A DNA stretch of 64,000 nt from positions 892,030-956,029 of the forward strand of contig RDEW01000004.1 of assembly GCA_011109175.1 (NCBI GenBank), in the 5' to 3' direction. The position numbers were made by a program, and so were the translations under genes. Positions 54,101-64,000 of the stretch are shown piece after piece (within the stretch, counting starts at the first letter, position 1; each line of letters opens with the position of its first letter). Under the pieces are notes generated by a model that had not been told where the DNA came from, searched no databases, and saw only the letters and a list, made by a program, of their open reading frames with translations. This DNA comes from Dicyema japonicum. Taxonomy: Eukaryota > Animalia > Dicyemida.

Positions 54101-55855
54101 GACAAAGGTGAGGATGAGTCCCTCATTACATTATCCGACATTTAATTTTGTATATCCGATTTATATCGTGATTTAATCCTGTTAAATTAGTTTTTTATTC
54201 ATAAATGTTATGATTATAAAGATTTTATTTTTATAGCGGTAAACCTATATTTCTAGCGTGATTTATAGCATGGAAGATTATTTTGTTGCAATGGCTTCTT
54301 ACAAGGGTTTTGTGAAAGATTATGCTTTGCATGATAAATTTCCCGAAAATCTTCCGAGGCACCGAAAATATAGGCTTGTAAAGAAGATAGAGAATTTTTC
54401 CATTATCAATGACAGGTATTGTAAATTTGCAATAATTTTAGACTGTATCTTAAATCAACTGATTCCAAGTTAGTCATATCCCTGGATAATGAAACCGAAA
54501 TGGAGCATGTTGCGAAATCGTTGCACGAGTTTTCACACGGAGGAGTCAATAAAATTGAGTATGAATGTCGACAAAGATACTTCACTGTAAAGAATGAGAT
54601 TATCAGAAAAGTCATTCGAAATTGTGAAGTCTGCAAATTTTCGCGTCCTTTAAAAGTTCGTGATTTTTTATAATTGTAGATTGGAGATATAAATCACCAT
54701 GTGTTTGCTTATTCTCCAAATGAACGTTTTCAGGTAGATCTAATAGACCTGAAAAAATTTTCAACATTAAATAAAAACTTCAAATAGATTTTAACGGTCA
54801 TTGACATATATAGTAGGCTGGTTTTTTTTTAATTTATAGATTCGCTTTTGTACGAGCACTTTATAATAAGTCTGGTATAGAAGTATGTGAAAACTTAAGA
54901 TCTTTGTTCCGCCTGAATGGACCATGTAAATTTCTTCAGTCGGACAATGGTTCTGAATTTAAAAATCAAGAAATAACAAAACTTTGCGAAGATTTTAACA
55001 TTAAGCAAATTCACGGAAGGCCTAACAATCCACGAGCACAAGAATTGTCGAAAGATTTAATTAGACGATCACGAGGAAGTTGTCAAAAATACTGGATAAC
55101 AGTGAAAAAAAGTGGCTTGATAAATTAGAAAGTGCTGTCTACAGTTACAACATATCGGTCCATTCATTTTCTAACGAAAGTCCTTTCGAAAGATATCGAG
55201 GAATTAAGGGAATAAATTCAATAATTAATGGTTATACTTATATCATTATGACTTAGATAATTTAAGTGATGAGTGTGCGATTCCAGAACAAATTGACGAT
55301 TTGGTTAATTTATCGACTCCAGAATCTATTGAAAATTCACTTAGTTTGATTTAAAAAATTTATATCTAGATAATTCCCAGTCAGATAATTTGTGTCCGAA
55401 TGCGAAGAGATTCAATTTCGAAATTAAATCGATTGAAGAAAATTCTAATTATTACAAAGCTATGAACAGGAAAATGAATGTTCATAATAGTAAATATACT
55501 TTTAACATGGGAGATAAAGTATGAATCAAAAACATTAATAAATAGGTTCGGGCTAAAAAGGACTTTGGAACAAATCCCTCATTGCGACTGGATAAGTTTG
55601 AGTCTCAGTATTATCCAGTTGCAGAAATAATTAATATTTTATCGAATAATCGCGTGGAGGTAGTTTTAAATAGTTTAATTTGATAAATAAAAAATTCGAA
55701 AGGAGAAATATCGACTGTATTAATGAGTAGACTAAAAAGTTACTTAAATTTAATTTTTTGTGGTTAATAAATCATTTATAAAATTAATTGAAGTTAATCT
55801 TGGTTCAAGGTTAATGTAACAGGCTTCCCATAGGTAACGCTTGGCCCATGTGACA
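51161..55855 (+). mobile_element. Ginger/TDD-like DNA transposon; HHCC plus rve-type DDE integrase gene (ATG 54270) with mini-introns; host of two nested retro-insertions
   Basis: Right end ..aatgtaacaggct..cccatgtgaca, left end tgtcgcagcctgttacatt; LHEFSHGG..CEVC, QVDLID, LTVIDIYSRF, LQSDNGSEFKN, HGRPNNPRAQ; introns 54416-54441, 54656-54679, 54817-54839; premature TAG at 54785. Confidence 0.75.
51284..54077 (+). mobile_element. Near-full-length, slightly 5'-truncated RTE-clade LINE (APE+RT) with (TAA)n tail and TSD atctaactaa (51274-51283 / 54078-54087)
   Basis: 721-aa ORF 51579-53744 with NQIDYI, SDH, GPDNIP, GIDMSRAFD, GTPQGDSLSP, YADD; two frameshifts. Confidence 0.93.
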
Positions 55856-55879
55856 TATTCATCCACATGATTCAATCTA

Positions 55880-58800
55880 TTAACGTTACTCGTTGTGGTT
55901 GTTGTGCTGCCAAGAGAAAAGAATAGAAAAATAAAGGAAAATCAGAAAAGAACATGCAGAAAACTGCAAAAGAAGATGAGATCTGCAAAAAATGCAACAT
56001 AATGAACAAAAGAAAGCGGATGATCCATTGGACGGCCTGTTCGTGTGGCTTCCACGTGTCCTCTGAATGACTAAAAGAGCCCTGGCTGTCATTTCCGATT
56101 GGCACTGTCGGTCATGTCTCCTACCAGATAATACGACAAACTCTTCCCTACGCTACCCTTTTGTACATGTTCTACTAGACCAGAGGTTCCCAACCTGGGT
56201 TTCGCGAATTTGAAATACTTAAAAAACTTCTTTTTTCAAAACGAATTAATTTAATTTGCGCGTGTCTAAATGAAGTCTTGTGACAGTGCACATCTTAAAG
56301 TTCGATCGTATCGATAAAGTTATATTGCCTTTGGTTTTACATGAACTGAGGACATGGATTGCCCTCTACCACTTTGTGTTGTTTGCTGTGAAAAACTTGC
56401 GAATAGTGCTATGGCTCCAATAAAACATAGATGTCATTTCTTAACCAAGCACCAGGAACTTTCAAAGAAAAAAAAGAATATTTTGTGCGGAAGTGGACCA
56501 GAATAAAGTTAAAGTATCCCACTTTAAAAAAATTCAAAATAAACGAAAAAGCATTGCATGCTAGTTATGCTGTTTCTGAGATTAAAAATATGAAATCGCA
56601 TGCTCTCTCCGAAACTGTTGTTTTGCCTGCATGCAAAATAGAGAAGATAATGTTCGGAGAAATTGCTGCCGCTGAGCTCGACTTAATTCCTATTTCTAAT
56701 AATTCTGTGAGCAGACGCATTAAGAATATGTCTGATGATTTTGAAACCACTTTGGTTCTGCGAATAAAAAATCTGTGTTTCTCTGCTTCAAGTGGATGAA
56801 GGCTCAGATATTACAGGAAGAATGCAACTCCTTGTTTTCTTTCGATATATGAACGATGAACCATTGTTGAAGATTTTTTTTGCTCAAAGAGTTGTTCGGA
56901 ACAACAAAGGTATATGACATTTTCAATTTTATAAATTCATATTTTGAGGATATAAAGATGGATTGGAATGCATGTGTGGGTATCTGCACTGATGGTGCTT
57001 CAGCAATGACTGGCCAATTTAAAAGCTTTGTTCTTATTGCGAAAAATAAGAATCCGAACATTATTCACACGCATTGTTTTCTTCATCGCGAGGCATTGTT
57101 TGCAAAATCTATTGGGCATGAACTTAAACGTGCTTTGGACGTGGTTTTAAAAATAATTAATTACATTAAAATGAAGTCGTTGAAATCAGTTTTGATTTTG
57201 CACACGAAGTAAGATGGCTCTCAAAGGTAAATATGTTAATTCGCTTCTATGAACAAAGACACGAATTGTTGGCTTTTTGTATACAAGAGAAGTTGGATAA
57301 CTTTATTGAATGCCTCAATGATAAATGTTGGTGTTGCAAATTAGCATACCTGACCGATATTTTTTATGAACTCAATGTTTTCAATAGCAGCATGCAAAAA
57401 AGAAATGAAAATCTATTGAGTTGCGCGGACAAAATAGTTGCTTTTCTGAAAAAACTACAAATATGGAAACGACATATCACGAGTGGGAACTTGGAAATGT
57501 TCCCTCATGTGCAAGAAAAAAATTTAAAAAAATTGTTCCACAAATTGTAGACTATGTGGAGTCACTATTTACATGTACATATCAGTTGAACTCTATGATT
57601 GGGTGAGGAATCATTTTGCTGAGTACAAAATAACTGGAAACGAGCAATCATTAAAAGAGGAAGAAGAATTTGCGTTTGTTTAAAGTGACAGAACGTTAAA
57701 AATGGAATATTTGCAACTTGATATTGATTCGTTTTGGCCAACTGTAAAAAAGATTATCACTTTCTGTCATACAAAGCTTTAAGAGTTTTGGTCCAGTTTT
57801 CAACGACTTATCTCTGTGAAAGTGGATTTTCTGCATTAACAAATATAAAGCATAAAAGCGCGCGAACCTACTTTATGTGGAAGAAGACCTACGTTTATCC
57901 TTGTCAAAGACAAGGACAAATATTACAGAGCTATGCAAGAGACATCAGCCTCAACTTCTCACTAACTAGCATTTTATTTTTTTATATTAGTAAAATATAA
58001 GGGATCCGTTTAAAATGCAAAATGTCGATAAGGTTCCGTTCGCTCAAAAAGGTTGGAAACCACTGTTCTAGACCATCAGGAAATACTTGAATTGATCTCA
58101 AACCTGACACACACACGAAGACTCTTGATCAGCTGCCCGTATATCTGTCACGGACTGCTTATGTGAGTGTATTGAAAGGGCAGTTTCTTAGGACGACTCT
58201 GAAGATTTGGTACGATTATTTTGCTTTGCTCCATTCACACTATGCATACTCCATAGGAGGGGGAAAGAAGAGAAATCACTTACGTCATTAGTAAAGGAGA
58301 ATGTCCACACATTTTTCTCAAGGAACCTATTGGCAGACTTAAAAGCTCACCTACAAATCCCAAAACCATGAGAAGCTAACATCGACTATCTCGAACACTC
58401 AGATATTAAGAAGTGAGATCCGTCGAAAACTTTCGGAAGGTGGAATCCGTGCTGTCGTGAGGATCCTTGCAGATCAACATCGTATAATTGAGCCGTCTGA
58501 ACATTCCTACGTATTACTTGTTGAGCGACACCCAAGTCTCCCCAAGGACCACCGGATTCCTCCTTGCCCGGGACAATTACCCAATCTACTTGTCTCTGAA
58601 AAGGACGTAAAAGATAGGATTTTCTTTTTCGTCCCGAGCAGCAGTGGAGGAGTAGATTGGCTTCGTCCGGGTCACCTTAAAGACCTCAATGTCACAACAC
58701 GGGCAACTCTGGGGTCCGGCTTGTGTTGGCTATCAACAAAATAATGTACAAGATGCTATCAGGGACACTACCAGAAACAATTAGACACGAAATGTTCTCC

Positions 58801-60700
58801 GCCAATTTAATCGCATTCGACAAGAGGGGGGTTGGAAAATACACCCTATTGTTGTTGGCCTGGTTTTTCGTCGGTTGGCCTCAAAGCTTGTATGCAAGCA
58901 ATCCTGTACGCTGATAACAAAGCTACGACCGACCCAAATAGGGTCGGCACACCAAGGGGTTGTGAAGCGGCAGTTCATGCTGTCCGAACATTCAAGAACA
59001 TTCCTCACGTAATCGTCAAAATTGACATTAAAAATGCTTTCTACTCGATACGACGTTATACAATTCTGGAGGATTTCTTCACATACTACCCATCAGTTTA
59101 CAGCTATTTTCATAGCTCCGACGGAAAACCATCCAGTCTGATACACGGCCAATACTACATCCCATCGTCTTCTGGAGTCCAACAAGGAGACTCACTGAGG
59201 CCTGCCTTGTTCAGCCTAGGAATTGCCCGTATTATAAGAAATTGTTCCACTTGTCTGAGAGTATGGTATCTGGATGATTGCACTATGGGCGGCCATCCGA
59301 AGGATGTACTAGATTGTTTGAAAACTCTGATAGTCAAATGGAATCCCTATGCCTAACTTTAAACACCACGAAGTGTGAAGTTATCAATTTTGGATTTCCG
59401 CAGCCTGAATGGGATTTGATCTTTGATATGTTTAGAGATCCACAGAAACCAAATCAGAACAACTGGAAATACTTGGATGCCCTCTTACTGATGCTGGAAT
59501 CAGTAACACACTAAGAACGAAAGAACATCAACTAAAAACAAAATTCAGACGTCTAAAGATGCTGGACGCACATACCTCCCTATTCATGCTGAGAAACGCC
59601 TTATCAGCACAGAAACTGAACTACGTTCTTCGTGGGGCACCCTACTACTTGAAAATGCAACAACTCGATGCTATCGATTCCTTCTTCCTGACAACTATTG
59701 AACGTGTCACAAAGTGAAATTTGATGACCGAGGGTGGGACCAAGCGACCCTACCAGTTAGCCTGGGCGGACTGGGGAATCCCTTCACCGAAAGATTTGGA
59801 TTGCCCCGCGTATCTGTCCTCTTTGGGCTTCAGCCGACTGCTGATCAGTATGATTCTTCTACTTCAAACAGAATCATGTGAAATCACAGATATGGAGCAT
59901 TTGAAAGGGATGATGCCTGAGCAGAAAGACAGTTATAGGACCATCTGCGAGAATAAATATGAGAGGTTTCTGAACCAATCAAACTAACACAGCCGTGCCT
60001 GTCTAGTCACTGGAAGATCAGAATGGAGTAGCGATTTGATCAATGCACTCCCCGTTGGTAGTGTCGGGACCCATCTTGACGACGATACTGTCCGCATCGA
60101 CATTTCCACCATACTTGGACTGGAGATTTGCCGGTGTGGCGCTGCCGTCGATTGTTATGGACACCATGCCCTCTCGTGTCGAAAAAGTGCAGGACGATTC
60201 TCAAGACACAAAACAATCAACGGAATTGTCAAGCGAGCCCTGGAGTCTGTGGGATATCACGCCAGATTGAACCTGTTTACCTGGACAGAGGAGACGGAAA
60301 ACGTCCTGACGGGATCACAATTTTCCCATTCGAAGAGCGGAACCCTTTGGTGTGGATGCCTATCCAACATTGTCGGGAGTGCGTTAGACACACTGTATGC
60401 CGTGGAAAAAACGATGAGAGCAAAGGAGAAAAAATACGAAGGGCTACGCGACCGATTCGCGTTCTATCCCATTGTGGTCAAGACAACTAAAGAAATAAGT
60501 GGAAAATCATTTCGCTTCCTAAAGTAACTTGGACGCCTAGCTACACTAAAAAGCCACGACGTACGTGAGACCCGTGGCTTCTCCAGTTGATCTCTGTTGC
60601 AATCTTGAGAGGCAACGCAACTTCTATAATGTCGGCGGGGTCCTCTTTGGATGGTTGATTGTGTTAATTAATTATTTGTTAAGTCTTATAAAGATTATCT
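55880..60700 (+). mobile_element. Degenerate CRE-like REL non-LTR retrotransposon (PHD finger - RT - zinc finger - REL), interrupted by a hAT
   Basis: SSGGVDWLRPGHLKD, GCEAAVHAVR, KIDIKNAF, GVQQGDSL, WYLDD, CRCG..GHHALSC..RH, KRPDG, VAILRGNA. Confidence 0.85.
56181..58065 (+). mobile_element. Buster/Charlie-type hAT transposon (ZBED5/FAM200-like transposase, degenerate) with 8-bp TSD tactagac/ttctagac
   Basis: TIRs cagaggttcccaacc and ggttggaaaccactg; CTDGASAMTG, THCFLHREAL, KLAYLTDIF, FSTTYLCESGFS. Confidence 0.93.
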
Positions 60701-61745
60701 ATTAATTTTCCGTTTCTGCATGCCAATATAACACGTGATCCTCTGTGGACTTTTAATTTTCTGTGGCTCCATGTGGTGCTACGTGGATAGTTTGTCAAAA
60801 TTATTTTTCTTCCTTTTTATGGCGTCAATGGATCCACCTTACTGAGAAGGCGCCCAATGCCTGGCCGGGATCAAGAGGATCCAACAATTCTTACCCGGGG
60901 ACAACGTCGTTACCTGGAGACAAGTTCTGGAATGCTGGAACGAGTCTGGATCAAAGAGTTAGTTAGTTTGATTACCCTTGGTCTTTGGAATTTAATTAAT
61001 ATAATTGATTTAAAGTCGTGGATCTGACCTAACGTGCTCAATTTGATGATAAAAATTATTCACAATAAATTATTGATTCCTAAATCCAATTTGATTAACA
61101 TTTTAAGTGACGGATCAGTTAGACGTGCTTCGCAATGATAATCATATAAAATTATTTATTTTTGTCCTCCTCTAACTCGGGAAAGGTGCCTTGTTGGATT
61201 AAAAATTATTTTACTTAATTTTTTGGAATTTTCGTAGATAAAATGTTTTGTTTGCCAGATGGCAATAATTTCCGGACCAAAATCATGAGCTCCGGTTAGA
61301 ATCCCGCTGCTTTCCACTCGATTGAAGATTCCTATGATGCTTTGGTTTGACAAGTGACGCCGTCATCAGTGTTTCAACGCTGCGAAACCGACATTATTAG
61401 AAAATTAGGCTGCTAAGAGACAGTAGGCAATGATGCGAACGATGACCAAGAACAGCTCCGTTAGGAAAAATGATAATCTCATCAGGTCTTTTCACTAAGA
61501 GTTTGATCAGAGACGAGAACTCAGCTCACTCCAGATTATATTTGATGATATTGTTGATAGCAGTGTGTAAGTAAAATTTCCCGGCTCTCATTTGGAACTG
61601 ATGTGGAGACTCTTTGTGTCCAACAATTTTTATTTACTGTTTCCTTGCTTTACCACTAAATCTTATAAAGCCAGAACTTATAACGGAAGTAAGTGTAGTT
61701 AATCTCCCTTAAAATTAAACACACGATTAAAAATCAGTACATAAT

Positions 61746-62126
61746 AATAATAAAGCCTTTTCACGAGAGCCATAATATTTATAGCTCCGCATAGGCAGGA
61801 CACTTTATTTAAGTAAAGAACAGTTAATTTTAACTAATCGTAGAACCAAGGAATGATCTTCACTTCTTTTTTTTTCTTGTGTGTGGGTCCTTTCTAGACA
61901 ATCCAGTTCCGCATTGAGTATCCACTGATGACGGCGTCACTCGTCAAACCCTTTCTGCATCGTAGATGCGTGGAACCTTCCACCAAGTGAACAGCAGGGA
62001 GATTCGAACCCGTAGCCTAAACCACTTAAGCCCGACACCTAACCACTATGCCACTCGGCCAGCCTAGGAATTGTGTGTCCTGGCTATGCGGAGCTATAAA
62101 TACTATGGCTCTCGTGAAAAGGCTTT
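61746..62126. mobile_element. Full SINE (minus) fused head-to-head with a second SINE 3' tail (plus), flanked by a 20-bp TSD
   Basis: TSD attaaaaa(t/c)cagtacataat at 61726-61745 and 62127-62146; A-box and B-box GGTTCGAATC on the minus strand. Confidence 0.85.
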
Positions 62127-62197
62127 ATTAAAAACCAGTACATAATCCATTTAATGATAACTTTCCTTGCAAGACTAATTAAGTTTCCGAGTAGAAT

Positions 62198-63241
62198 TCA
62201 GAAGGTGACCCCAGTAGCTACTTCTGCTGCTCGATTACTTTCTGTTGCATAATTTTGTCATAAGCATATTTTGATTTCTTTCCAAATTTGCAATTATCAA
62301 AGTATTCCCAGAAACATCTTCAAGACTTGCATCAGCAGTGGCATACAATACAGTCTGTGCACCATCTTCCACCGTCTATTAGTCAACATTGTAATATCTC
62401 ACCCTGCCAAAAAGTTTCATGACATATTTCAAAATGGAATATAATGGAACTTTCTCATAAAAATTACTATAAATGACTCCAGGATGCAGTGCATTAAAAG
62501 TAACGTAATTATGCGGAATTTTATCAGCAATGCATTGACAGAAATATAGCTGACATAGTTTGCTGTTGCCATATGATTTGGTTATATCAAGAGATTTCCC
62601 TTTCAACAACTCCTCGTTTATCCTCCCTGCCAACTTGTGTGCCCACGAACTAACGAAAACGACTCTACTTGGTTGACTTTCAATCAATTTATCTTAAATA
62701 TATTCATGAAATGACCCAATAAAAGTTTAGTGAGGAGAAAAGGAGCAAAGTAGTTAACCTGCATCACAGTCTCAAATCCGTCTTTGGTTTCCTCATAATT
62801 AAACGCTAAAATAATCCATCAAATAACAAGCAAGCCCAGCGTTGTGAATAAGAGCGTACAAATTGCTCTCCTCCTGGCAAAATTCATAAGAAAATTTCTT
62901 GACTGATTCAAAGGAAGCAAGGTCGAGTTCCATAACTTTAATATTTGAATTTCCCGTATCATTTTCTATCCTATTGGCTGCCATTTGGGCATTTGCTACG
63001 TTTCTGCATGCCAATATCACACGTGATCCTCTGTGGGCTAATCCTTTCGAAATTTCATAGCCAATTCCTATAATATCACAAATCTTAATTATTCACCAGA
63101 TGCACCCCCAGTCACTATTATTGTCTTACCGGACAAGTTTTTGCGACTATCATAGACTTTGGTCATTGTTTTCATATAAATCCAGTAAATGAAATAAAAA
63201 ATATAGAAAATTATCAAGAAACCCCCCAAACTCCAAAACAT
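62198..63241 (-). CDS. Retinol dehydrogenase-like short-chain dehydrogenase/reductase (RDH11-14 type) with N-terminal TM segment; mini-introns; apparent indel near 62306; 3' end approximate
   Basis: IIVTGGASGIG, VILACRN, LDLASFESV, LIHNAG, VNYFAPFLLT, VSSWAH, catalytic YGNSK, LHPGVI, EDGAQT. Confidence 0.88.
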
Positions 63242-63834
63242 TTAATTAACTACTTTTAATATTTATTGAAAATAAGTAAATTTTTAATTAATTATATATT
63301 TAACAAAAAACGAAAATTCCCAAGGATCTTTTAAAAATTACCTTTAATAAGCACTTGAGACCGGAAGAGTAAGAAAAAATCTGTTTACTATATATATTTT
63401 ATGTCAGAATACACTACAGTCAATTCACCTTATTATTGCGGTAAAAGTCGCTAATTTGGTAGACTCTCAGCTGGTGTTTACCATTTTCTTTTTAATCAAC
63501 TGATCCTCATATATGTCAAATACATGACATATGATATGAGTCTGTGTTTTTCAGTTTTTACCTTTATGACTTTCAAATAAGTAACAAGGCTCTCTTACAT
63601 ACTCAATTCTGAATGACAGCAGTCACACCAAAATCACTTTACTTTATGACAAGGCTAAACAATTCCGTTGAATCAGTTTTTAGAGATTTTTTGGACATTA
63701 ACAGTGACACAACCTCTTGAGTATATATCATCTCGGTGGACACATATCTTTCTGATATGAATTTTAACCCTAAATTTTGAGTTTTACAAAAAGTTAGAAA
63801 TTCTATCGAAAGTAAAAGATTATTTTATTACAAA

Positions 63835-64000
63835 TGCCCTCTCGTGTCGAAGAAGTGCAGGAAGATTCCCAGGACAAAGGCGATCAAAGGAATAGTCAAG
63901 CGAGCCCTGGAGTCAGCGGGATACCCTGCCATACTTGAACCTGTTGTCCTGGACACGAAACGGAAAACTTCCTGACGGGCCCATCCAACATTGTCGGGAG
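63835..64000 (+). mobile_element. CRE-like zinc finger/REL fragment, runs off the window
   Basis: Near-identical to 60166-60380 (ALSCRRSAGRF). Confidence 0.75.

Noticed and set aside
61921-61955. CTGATGA followed by a hairpin in the SINE antisense strand (also at 36736), resembling a hammerhead ribozyme core
   Set aside because: The required GAAA after stem II is absent (TCAAA/TCAAG), and I could not form stems I and III.

Overview
AT-rich eukaryotic (metazoan) genomic DNA with one 598-N assembly gap. Nine compact host genes sit as small islands in dense, nested transposon debris: a mitochondrial RF1-type release factor, TCF/LEF with C-clamp, MRPL54, SLX1, a makorin-like protein, a GH18 chitinase with CBM14, a Rho-kinase N-terminus, a long LRR protein and an RDH-like SDR. 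Every intron I could resolve is only about 22-30 nt, with almost no consensus beyond the terminal dinucleotides, which suggests a dicyemid-like mesozoan (inference). The mobile fraction includes APE-type LINEs (one with a virus-like 2A/StopGo peptide), RTE, R4/Dong-like and CRE-like retroelements (one with an N-terminal PHD finger), a tRNA-derived SINE whose tail matches an RTE 3' end, and hAT, MULE and pogo transposons. It also includes Ginger/TDD-like TIR transposons whose retroviral-type integrase is itself split by mini-introns. Notable structures are a 7.5-kb hAT-bounded unit carrying two inverted, intron-containing cathepsin-L relics, a TSD-flanked SINE with 3' tails at both ends, a three-level nested insertion, a hairpin-forming ~71-bp tandem array and a ~167-bp satellite. 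Several otherwise intact genes carry single-base indels in short homopolymers, most likely assembly errors. All family assignments come from reading motifs by eye, not from database searches.
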